In this document: positions 29,377 to 37,026 of the stretch, in pieces
How positions within the stretch are numbered: position 1 is the stretch's first letter
How the letters are laid out: each line of letters starts with the position of its first letter
NCBI GenBank assembly: GCA_021809995.1
Contig: JAJZJT010000001.1
Coordinates: forward strand, 721 to 64,720
Source of the DNA: Actinomycetes bacterium
Lineage (GTDB): Bacteria > Actinomycetota > Acidimicrobiia > Acidimicrobiales > RAAP-2
Length of the DNA: 64,000 nt
Direction of reading: 5' to 3'
Notes under the pieces: generated by a model
Seen by the model: the letters and a program-made list of their open reading frames with translations, nothing else
Databases searched by the model: none
Told to the model about the DNA's origin: nothing
Program-made: the position numbers and the translations under genes

Positions 29377-30550
29377 TGCGGCCGCCGGGCACGGCACCCT
29401 CGGGGAGCGCGTAGACCAGCGCCCCGTCCTGCCTCCGGACGACAGCCGCTCCGTCGTGTCGCAGGTGCTCGAGGTGCGCGAACACTTCGCTCTCGGCCAG
29501 CAGCCCGCCCCGTCCGGCGCCGAAGAGGCTCCTGGTGAACACCTCGACGGTCGCCGGGCCCTCCGAGGCGGCGATCTCGCGCAGACGGCCGAGCCGGCGC
29601 TGGTGGTGCCGGACGATCTGGTCCGTCCGGCCAGCAAGGTCGGCGAACGGGTGCCCGTGGGCGGGGAGCACCAGGTCGACGTCGAAGCGGGTGACCCGGT
29701 CAAGGGCGTCGAGATACTGCCGCAGCGGATCCGGGCCGCACCCGATCCCCGACACATGCGGCGTGATGGTGGGGAGCACGTGGTCGCCGGCAATCATCAG
29801 CCGGTGCTCGGGGTCGTAGAGGCACACGTGGTCGGCGGTGTGGCCCGGCGTGTGCACGACGAACCAGTCGCGGTCCGCCAGCCGGAGCTGGTCACCGTCG
29901 GTCAGAGCCCGGCCGAGGGGCGGCGGCTCGAGGTAGCGACGACCCATCCGCCACGCCAGCTGCAGCAGCGGCCCGCGCAGGGACCGGGGGAGCTGTGGTG
30001 GGGACATGGCATTGTCCGCGGCCCGCCAGGGAACGCTGAGGCGACCGGGACCGTGCACCACCGCTTCGGTCGTGACGGTGCCCAAGGAGACGGTGCCCAA
30101 GGAGCTGTCGTCGACCGACACCACGTCCGGACCGCTGTGGACCACCCACGGGACGGCGAAGCCGCCGAAGGCGACCACGGCAGCACCCGACTCGGCAGCC
30201 AGGCGTCCGGCACCGCCGAAGTGGTCGGGGTGGGAGTGGGTGACGACCACCGTGTGCACGTCGGCCGGGCGGTAGCCGGCCCGTCGCAGCGCGCGCACCA
30301 CGGACCGCCACGCGCCCCGGCCCGGCATGCCCGGATCGACGACGGCGAGGCCGGCCCGGTCGACGAGCCCGTACATGTTGACGTGGCCCAGACCGGTGAA
30401 GTGCAGCGGCAACTGCATGCGCAAGACGCCCGGGGCGACGTCGATGACGTCCTCGCTGGCCGGCTCCTGCTCCTGCTTGCCGAACCGTTCTCCCCCACTG
30501 CCCGGACCGCCCTCGCCCTCGGCGCTCCACCGTGCTCGATCCAGCATCAT
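29360..30550 (-). CDS. MBL-fold metallo-hydrolase (paralogue of 8716-9741)
   Basis: Contains THSHPDHFGG, GHTADH and AGDHVLPTITP. The start is uncertain (ATGATG at 30545-30550, or upstream ATGs up to 30652). Confidence 0.75.
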   Translation of the reverse strand: MMLDRARWSAEGEGGPGSGGERFGKQEQEPASEDVIDVAPGVLRMQLPLHFTGLGHVNMYGLVDRAGLAVVDPGMPGRGAWRSVVRALRRAGYRPADVHTVVVTHSHPDHFGGAGRLAAESGAAVVAFGGFAVPWVVHSGPDVVSVDDSSLGTVSLGTVTTEAVVHGPGRLSVPWRAADNAMSPPQLPRSLRGPLLQLAWRMGRRYLEPPPLGRALTDGDQLRLADRDWFVVHTPGHTADHVCLYDPEHRLMIAGDHVLPTITPHVSGIGCGPDPLRQYLDALDRVTRFDVDLVLPAHGHPFADLAGRTDQIVRHHQRRLGRLREIAASEGPATVEVFTRSLFGAGRGGLLAESEVFAHLEHLRHDGAAVVRRQDGALVYALPEGAVPGGRSGPAN

Positions 30551-30878
30551 ACATATACCGTACTCTGTATCTCGCACGGCGTCGGCAGGGCGGAACTCCA
30601 TCCGGTCCGGCCAGCCCCTTCGGGCCCGCAGCCCTCGCTGCTTCCCGGTCAAGGGGTGATCCGGGCGCTCCAGGCCCGGACGCTCGGCGACGAGGACGAG
30701 GTCACTGGCCGGTAGCCCGACATTGTGTTAAAGGGCTATCCGTCTGAGTACAGTGGCCGCAAGATCTAGGGGTTCACGAGGCACCCCCAGCGGGTTGCTT
30801 TCTTCTCCAGGGTCGTTGCGGTCGAGGTCCTGCCAAGGACTCGGCAGCAACACGCTTGAGGTTGTCCCGGTCGTCGAT

Positions 30879-30949
30879 TGCGGTAGGGACCGCCCTTGCG
30901 GGCGGCCCCCCGCACAGATCCGAGCGTGCGGGACTACCGCACTCGGCTC
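30879..30949 (-). ncRNA. group II intron domains V and VI
   Basis: DV (30917-30949) is GAGCCGAGUGCGGUAGUCCCGCACGCUCGGAUC, with an AGC triad, a 9-bp lower helix, an AC bulge and a 4-bp upper helix. DVI (30879-30914) has a GCAA tetraloop and a bulged A at 30884, 7 nt before the 3' end. Confidence 0.7.
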
Positions 30950-32421
30950 CCACCTCGGGTGTTGGCGGCGAAGCGCACCTCAGGGTATGGGTGCAGGACT
31001 TTGGCGGGCGGGAGCCACCGCTTCTCCAGGCGGTCCATCCGAGCCCAGTTGAGTCGGGTTCGCTGACTCCGGCGCCGAAGCGCCTTGAACCAGTGCCGGA
31101 CCACTTGCAGCCGGAACGCCATCACTGCGGAGATGTTGCCGGGAACGGCGTAGTAGGCGAAATGACCACGCACCACGCTTGCCAGCCACATCCCTTGGAC
31201 CGGAATCGGCTCATGCCGGCGGCGCTTCAGGAGGACTTTGATCTCCTTCAGCTTTGCCCTCATGCGCTTCGAGATGGTGATGCGCTTGAGGAAGAAACGT
31301 CCGTCACGGGTCTTCGCACAGATGTGTGTGAACCCGAGGTAGTCGAACGTCTCCGGCCTCCCCAACCGACGCTCCGCACGACGCTCGGCGGCAAAGCGGC
31401 CGAACTGGATGAGGCGCGTCTTGTCGGGGTGCAGCTCCAGCCCGAACGTCGCGAATCGCTTGCGAAGGTCGTGAAGGAACCGCAGTGCATCACCTCTGTG
31501 CTCGAACCCGACGACGAAGTCGTCGGCGAACCGCACGAGCATGACCTCGCCGTCCGCCGTCTTCCTCCACCGTCGTGCCCACCGGTCGAAGACGTAGTGG
31601 AGGTAGACGTTGGCGAGCAACGGGGAAGCCGATGCCCCCTGGGGCGCTCCCCTCTCGCTCGCCGTCCACTTCCCGCCCTCGATGACGCCTGCGCTCAGCC
31701 ACTTCTCGATGAGACGCAGGACCCGCTCATCTGCAATCCGATGCTCGAGGAACCTTCTCAACCACGTCCGGTCAAGCTGACCGAAAAAGTCGCGAATGTC
31801 CGCATCGAGTATCCAGTTCACCTTCTTCCGCTTGATCCCAACCGCCAGCGCATCGAGCGCATCGTGGGGCTTGCGCCCCGGCCGGAACCCGTAGGAGAAG
31901 CCGCAGAAGTCCTCCTCGTAAATGGCGTTCAGCACCTCGACGACGGCCCGTTGGACAATCTTGTCCTCCAAGGCAGCGATGCCGAGTGGCCGCTGCCTGC
32001 CGTCCGCCTTGGGGATGTACACCCTCCGGGAGGGCTTCGCTCGGTAAGCACCGCTGTGCACCCTGGTGAGCAAGTCCTCCAGATTGGCTCGGAGGTCCTC
32101 GCCATAGGCGTCCCACGTCACCTGGTCCACTCCGGGTGATGCCTTCGGGTTGATCGCCACGTAGGCGGCCCAGAGGCGGGAGAGGTCGACGTGGTGCAAC
32201 AGCGCCGTGAACCGTGCGTCCTTGTCCTTCCGTGCTACTTCTCGCACACGGTCCAACCCGCTTGGCACGCCTTGCCCGGCTCTGTGTCCGGGACGTGTCA
32301 GGTCGTCCGTGTTCCCCTCGGTCAGGCCCCTTCCCTCCACCACCTCCGCAGCCGGTCGCCCGGCGTTGTTCGGCGACTTCGCAGGTAGTACGGGCCTGTC
32401 TGACTTCCCAGGATCGTGCAT
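30934..32421 (-). CDS. group II intron reverse transcriptase/maturase (IEP)
   Basis: RT blocks RRVYIPKADGRQRPLGI, GAPQGASASPLLANVYL and LVRFADDFVVGF (an FADD variant of YADD), plus an X/maturase domain (FDYLGFTH, GHFAYYAVPGN). No HNH/En domain. Confidence 0.9.
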   Translation of the reverse strand: MHDPGKSDRPVLPAKSPNNAGRPAAEVVEGRGLTEGNTDDLTRPGHRAGQGVPSGLDRVREVARKDKDARFTALLHHVDLSRLWAAYVAINPKASPGVDQVTWDAYGEDLRANLEDLLTRVHSGAYRAKPSRRVYIPKADGRQRPLGIAALEDKIVQRAVVEVLNAIYEEDFCGFSYGFRPGRKPHDALDALAVGIKRKKVNWILDADIRDFFGQLDRTWLRRFLEHRIADERVLRLIEKWLSAGVIEGGKWTASERGAPQGASASPLLANVYLHYVFDRWARRWRKTADGEVMLVRFADDFVVGFEHRGDALRFLHDLRKRFATFGLELHPDKTRLIQFGRFAAERRAERRLGRPETFDYLGFTHICAKTRDGRFFLKRITISKRMRAKLKEIKVLLKRRRHEPIPVQGMWLASVVRGHFAYYAVPGNISAVMAFRLQVVRHWFKALRRRSQRTRLNWARMDRLEKRWLPPAKVLHPYPEVRFAANTRGGSRVR

Positions 32422-32882
32422 CTCAGGCGTGCGGCCTCGGCCTTCCCTGAGCGGCCCGCCCGCTGTTCACACAGGCGGACAATCCTGGGACCTCCCGGTT
32501 CTCGCGCATGAAGATTCCGTACATGCCATGGTTCTCCGACCGCGCGGGGCCCGACTGCGACTCGCGATAGCGCCACAGCCGGTGTTGCCTTCCGCCATTC
32601 CAACGGCGTGGGCGCCCCGGACTCACCTCATTTCGCGGCTCAATAGCCCGGCCTGCACGTGCCCCTGTCAACGCTTCGCCTGCGCCCTTGCGGGTGCCGA
32701 CGCATGACTCGGGGTCATCGTGGGTCGCTACTCCTTCGATGTAGAGCGCTTTCATCTCCTTCTTCATGCCGGTTTATCCCGGCGCACTGGAAGTTGAGGT
32801 GGCGGTCCCCCGCCTGGTGCCTGCCTGAGTGGTAGGTGTCGGGCGTCCGCCAAGACGACCCACAGACAAGGGGACCACCACG

Positions 32883-34180
32883 ATGAAGGACTACCAGACG
32901 ATCGAGACCGACGCGGCGATCCCGCTGCCGGAGAGCGTGCGCCTGGCGATGGAGGACATCGCCGGGGTGATGCGAGAGGGGCTGCTGGCGATGGCCGTGT
33001 CGGCTGGGTTGGGGGTGATGACGGCGTTGATGGAGGAGTCGGTGACCGCGGTGGCCGGCCCGAAGGGCAAGCACCTGCCCGGTCGGCGAGCGGTGCGCCA
33101 TGGCAGCGAGGACGGCTCGGTCACCCTCGGGGGACGGCGGGTCCCGGTGCGCCGTCCGAGGGTCCGGGCCGCCGATGGCTCCGGTGAGCTGCCCGTTGCG
33201 GCGTATGAGCTGTTCTCCTCCACCGATCTGCTCGGTCAGATGGCGTTGGAGCGGATGCTGGCCAAGCTGTCATGCCGCCGCTACCCGGCCGGGCTGGAGC
33301 CGGTCGGCGCCGAGGTGACCGGCCGGGCCCGGTCGACCTCGAAGTCGGCGGTCTCCCGCCGCTTCGTCAAGGCGACCGAGACCGCCCTGGCCGAGCTTTT
33401 GGGCCGGGACCTGTCGGGGTTGGACCTGGTGGCGTTGATGGTCGACGGGGTCCACTTCGGCGACCATCTCTGCGTGGTCGCTCTGGGGATCGGCGTCGAC
33501 GGCGTCAAGCACCCCCTCGCCGTGGTCGAGGGGGCGACGGAGAACACCACCACGGTCACCGACCTGCTGGTCGGTCTACGCGACCGGGGCCTGGACGTTA
33601 CCCGGCCGATCCTGGTCGTGATCGACGGGGCGAAAGCGCTGCGCTCGGCCGTCGACACGGTGTTCGACACCCCCATCGTGGCTCGCTGCCAGCTCCACAA
33701 GATCCTAAACGTCCAAGCCAAGCTCCCCGACCGGATGGCCGCCACCGTCGGGACGAAGATGCGCGGCGCCTACAAGCTGGCCAACGCGTTGGAGGCCGAG
33801 GCGATCCTGGCCGAGCTCGCCCGCCAGCTCGACCGGTCCCATCCCGGCGCGGCGGGCTCCCTGCGGGAGGGCCTGGCCGAGACTCTCACGGTGATGCGCC
33901 TCGGGGTGCCCCCGACCCTGGCCCGGACGTTGCGTTCGACCAACGCAATCGAGTCGATGATCGAAATCTGCCGGGACCACTCCACCAACGTCAAGAACTG
34001 GCGGGACGGGACCATGGCCCTGCGCTGGTGCGCCGCCGGCATGGCAGAGGCCGCCAAGCAGTTCCGCCGAGTCAACGGACATCTCCACCTCCCCGCCCTC
34101 CGCGCCGCCCTCGAGGCCGAAGCGGCCCGACGCCGCACAACCGAGTCACACCCCCCGGCTACGATCAGAACGTGGCCTGA
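32883..34180 (+). CDS. IS256-family (mutator-type) transposase, probable late frameshift
   Basis: ATG at 32883. Blocks LMVDGVHF, VVIDGAKAL, RSTNAIES and FRRVNGHLHLPAL. The main frame has no stop before 34673, outside the IS. An alternative frame from about 34125 ends VTPPGYDQNVA-stop at 34180, which looks to me like a typical family C-terminus. Confidence 0.75.
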
Positions 34181-34379
34181 ACCAGCCACCGACCGTCACC
34201 GAAGTTCCACGGAACTCGGGACATCCTCGAGTCCTCCCCGGCGACCGGCGCTACTCCTTCCACAAGATGTAGAGCGTACTGTACTCAGACGGATAGCCCT
34301 TTTGTGTTATGATCGTCTCATTATCTCGCACAGCGGCGGGGGAACGGGCCGTCGCGACCGAACACCGGTGGGTTGCCGG

Positions 34380-34616
34380 CTAGGCTCCCCCGGCATTCAA
34401 GTGGTGTCGGGCGCCACCGACCGGGTGAGAAGGGCGCGGCACGACGACCATCGTCGTGGCCGGCGCCCAGGGCTTCTGGCACACCATCGTGACGTCAGCC
34501 TCCACGACCTGCGAGAAGGACGGGTCGACGGTGACGTCGCCGACGTTCACCGACGGCGAGCTCGTGTCGGCCAGCAGCACCACCGCCTCCGACCACATCA
34601 CGCTGGACGCCACCAC
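34380..34616 (-). CDS. hypothetical small protein (last ORF of the DUF455 cluster)
   Basis: GTG GTG start 25 nt after the upstream stop. No recognised motif; it has only a vague resemblance to DUF59. Coding status is uncertain. Confidence 0.3.
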   Translation of the reverse strand: MVASSVMWSEAVVLLADTSSPSVNVGDVTVDPSFSQVVEADVTMVCQKPWAPATTMVVVPRPSHPVGGARHHLNAGGA

Positions 34617-34641
34617 GGTGCGGATCGAGCAGCGCCTGAGC

Positions 34642-34938
34642 TCAGACGGCGCGTCGGCGGTGCAGCGACATGATGGCGTCGAGGGCCTGAGCCTTGACCG
34701 CCGTCTCGCCGATGACTGCCAGGATGGGAGCCCCGGCCAGCTCTACGCTGTGCTGGTGCTCCAAGTACCGCCGCACCTCGCTGAGCACCTCGGGCACCGA
34801 TCCGCCTCGGAATTCGAAGTCGCCACCCAAGCGCAGCACGTCCGCCAGCGCCCCGTAGCCGCGCTGGCGCAGCCGTTGCTCGATGGCCAGCATCTCGGCC
34901 ACGGACTCGTCGTCGTAGGTACCAGCCGCGTCGGTCAC
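34642..34938 (-). CDS. hypothetical 98-aa protein, translationally coupled
   Basis: GTG at 34938 overlaps the upstream TGA (GTGA at 34935-34938). Balanced, non-shadow composition (SVAEMLAIEQRLRQRGYGALADVLRLGGDFEFRGG...). Confidence 0.5.
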   Translation of the reverse strand: MTDAAGTYDDESVAEMLAIEQRLRQRGYGALADVLRLGGDFEFRGGSVPEVLSEVRRYLEHQHSVELAGAPILAVIGETAVKAQALDAIMSLHRRRAV

Positions 34939-35714
34939 CCGGCGACCACACCCCCCGCCGACGCGGCCGATGCCGCCTGGCGCCGCTGCCGCAGGGCGGC
35001 ACCCAGCACGGCGCGGGGGGGCATGCCGATGCGGGGCCGGCCGCCCAGCGTCTCCTCGCCCGCCACACCGCCCGCCTTGACCAGCAGCACGTCGAGGTGG
35101 GTCTGCCACTTCCCCGCCCTGGTCCGGAGCTTGGCCGTGCGGGCAAGGTCCTGGACCATCATCTCTCCGCAGATGAGCTGCTCGATGTCGTCGTCGATCA
35201 TGAACTTCAGGATCCGCACCGTGGGTGCGTCGACGATATCTGACGTGACGCGCTGGTGGTAGCTGTACACGGCCAGCAGGTGCGGAACGAGGACCCGGTA
35301 GATGCCCACCAGCTTCTCGATGGTGGCGTCGGCGGCCTCCGGGCTGGTGAGCTCGTCCATGAATTCGATGAACGCGTCATTGGGCGGTTCGGCCCGGGCC
35401 TCGTCCTTCTCGCGCAGCTCGGGCAGCCGCTGCCGCCACAGATCGGCATGCCAGGCGTGCTGGTAGCAGTGCGGACCCAGCATCGCCTTCACGTCGAGCT
35501 CGGGGATGGTCGCCACCCAGCCACCGATGGCGGCCGACAGGTGCTGCTCGGCCCACTTGTAGTGCACGATGCGCTGCACCGACTCCTCGACCGTCCACTC
35601 CCCCATCAGGCGCCGGCGGTCCCAGTAGGGGAAGGGCTGAGCCAGGCGGCCCGGTCCGTACCCCCGGACCGGGCCACCCCCGTTGGCGTGTGCATCGCTC
35701 CGGCTGGCGGTCAC
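34935..35714 (-). CDS. helical ferritin-like / haem-oxygenase-like partner protein (unknown family)
   Basis: GTG at 35714 overlaps the upstream TGA (GTGA at 35711-35714) and is preceded by AAGGGGCGGAG. Contains HYKWAEQHL and YQHAWHADLW helices. Confidence 0.6.
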   Translation of the reverse strand: MTASRSDAHANGGGPVRGYGPGRLAQPFPYWDRRRLMGEWTVEESVQRIVHYKWAEQHLSAAIGGWVATIPELDVKAMLGPHCYQHAWHADLWRQRLPELREKDEARAEPPNDAFIEFMDELTSPEAADATIEKLVGIYRVLVPHLLAVYSYHQRVTSDIVDAPTVRILKFMIDDDIEQLICGEMMVQDLARTAKLRTRAGKWQTHLDVLLVKAGGVAGEETLGGRPRIGMPPRAVLGAALRQRRQAASAASAGGVVAG

Positions 35715-36589
35715 CTCCGCCCCTTGACCTTGGGAGCGGCGCCGGCCACATCGGCGATGTCCTGGTCGGTGAAACCCGCGAGCTTTCGGAACTCGATGGC
35801 GAGCGGCAGGAACTGCTCGGTGTTCGCCCCGTCGTAGGCACCGCGCAGACCCCCGAGGCTGAACGCCCGGTCCACCTTGCGCTGGAAGTTCACGATCTTG
35901 GCACGCCGCTCGGGGTCGTCCGCGGTCAGCGCCTTCGACCACACCTGGCCGAAGCGCACATGGGTGACCTCGTCGGCCGACACGTAGTCGACGGACTTCC
36001 AGATGGTGTCGTCGTCCGCGGACCGGCCGAAGCGAATGGTGTCGTTGAACACGTCGAGAGCCAAGCCCTCGAGGCACCGGTTCACCCCGACCACCCGCTC
36101 GGCCGGGTCATCCGAGCAGCCGAACTCGAAGAGGAACAAGTTTTCGGCGAACTCACCGATGTCACACCCGACGTGATCGAGCAGGGCGGAGTAGGTCTCG
36201 ACGTGCCGGGTCTCGTCCCAGCATTGCCTGGCCATGTCGAACTGGAACTTCCAGGGCAGCTCGTCGTCGTCCGTGAAGTCCCAGGCGCTGCGGCCCGCCG
36301 CCTCGAGGGCCTGCATCTCACCCATGAAGATGCCGTGCATCTGCGACTTGATGAAGACCGGGGCGTCGTCCTCCTCCGGGCGGACGCGGCGGAAGATGTT
36401 GGGTCCGCCGCCACCGGCCGACTGCTGCTCCAGCGTCTGGCGCATCTCGTCGTTGCCGAGGAGCATCAGCATCGTCTCCTCGACCTGTTCGACAGTGACC
36501 TCCTCGGCCATCAGGAAGTCGAGCGGTACGGGCGTGCGCCGGAACCGCTCGTCGCGGGCGAGGTCATCGGTGGTCATCAGTTTCTTCAC
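35711..36589 (-). CDS. DUF455-type ferritin-like diiron-carboxylate protein
   Basis: E...ExxH...E...ExxH ligand pattern: MGEMQALE, CWDETRHVE, RCLEGLALD and SADEVTHVRFG. The overall layout matches my memory of DUF455 (PF04305). Confidence 0.7.
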   Translation of the reverse strand: MKKLMTTDDLARDERFRRTPVPLDFLMAEEVTVEQVEETMLMLLGNDEMRQTLEQQSAGGGGPNIFRRVRPEEDDAPVFIKSQMHGIFMGEMQALEAAGRSAWDFTDDDELPWKFQFDMARQCWDETRHVETYSALLDHVGCDIGEFAENLFLFEFGCSDDPAERVVGVNRCLEGLALDVFNDTIRFGRSADDDTIWKSVDYVSADEVTHVRFGQVWSKALTADDPERRAKIVNFQRKVDRAFSLGGLRGAYDGANTEQFLPLAIEFRKLAGFTDQDIADVAGAAPKVKGRR

Positions 36590-36631
36590 GTGTCCTCCTG
36601 TACGGTGCGCCAGATAGTCTGCACGGGTACG

Positions 36632-36973
36632 TCAGGTGCTCCCCGGCGTCACCGGATGGTGCTGTGACATGTCCGGTTGGTCCGGCTCCTGTTGCCACGC
36701 CGCGAAGAGGAACGGGCGGTTCGACCCCCGGACGCCGGTCGCCCGGGGGTCGTCCATGGGCACGATCGCGCCCACCGGGCACGGGTCGAGACAGCGTCGG
36801 CAGCCCGGGCACTTGGCCCCGTCGACCACGTACTCCAAGTCGTTGGCCATGAACACGGCATCGTAGGGACAGACGCGCTCGCACATCCCGCACTCGATAC
36901 ACCCGTCGACGATGACGTACGGGGCGCCGCGCCTGCGGGTCATCCGGCGTTCCACACTACGCATGATACTCAT
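36632..36973 (-). CDS. 2x[4Fe-4S] bacterial-type ferredoxin with a C-terminal extension
   Basis: Two CxxCxxCxxxCP motifs: CIECGMCERVCP and CPGCRRCLDPCP. Confidence 0.8.
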   Translation of the reverse strand: MSIMRSVERRMTRRRGAPYVIVDGCIECGMCERVCPYDAVFMANDLEYVVDGAKCPGCRRCLDPCPVGAIVPMDDPRATGVRGSNRPFLFAAWQQEPDQPDMSQHHPVTPGST

Positions 36974-36994
36974 CTAGTCAGATGTTTCAATTGT

Positions 36995-37016
36995 GGTACC
37001 GTGGCGGCCCGGTAAC
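36995..37016. promoter_or_regulatory. imperfect inverted repeat GGTACCG-N8-CGGTAAC in the 53-bp ferredoxin/TetR divergent region (candidate operator)
   Basis: 6/7 palindromic arms. This is the only intergenic DNA between the divergent genes. Confidence 0.25.
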
Positions 37017-37026
37017 ATGACGGGCA

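Larger units (their letters stand above)
30877..32787 (-). mobile_element. group II intron (ORF-containing, En-less IEP)
   Basis: The 5' end is GTGCGCC at 32787. Domain V, domain VI and a 3' ...AAT end lie at 30877 (see the ncRNA feature). The RT/maturase ORF is in domain IV. Confidence 0.8.
30731..34301 (+). mobile_element. IS256-family insertion sequence (1660 bp of IS DNA) carrying a nested 1911-nt group II intron
   Basis: 24-bp perfect terminal inverted repeats AAGGGCTATCCGTCTGAGTACAGT (30731-30754, and the reverse complement of 34278-34301). 8-bp direct target duplication TTGTGTTA (30723-30730 and 34302-34309). Mutator-type transposase inside. Confidence 0.85.

Noticed and set aside
30879-30914. 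A GC-rich hairpin with a GCAA loop, first taken to be intron domain V.
   Set aside because: Its helix proportions are wrong for domain V (5 bp below and 10 bp above the bulge). A canonical domain V with the AGC triad and AC bulge lies immediately upstream (30917-30949). This hairpin fits domain VI, with the bulged branch A.
32423-32767. 114-aa minus-strand ORF (MKKEMKALYIEGVATHDDPESCVGTRKGAGEALTG...) upstream of the intron RT gene.
   Set aside because: It lies entirely in group II intron domain I, starting 20 nt after the GUGCG 5' end. Conserved ribozyme RNA commonly gives such spurious translations.
34380-36973. Tested whether the DUF455 cluster is a diverged PaaABCD(E) phenylacetyl-CoA oxygenase.
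   Set aside because: The gene order differs. The 98-aa ORF does not resemble PaaB. The DUF59 (PaaD) similarity of the 78-aa ORF is weak and lacks the conserved Cys position. No PaaE reductase is present.
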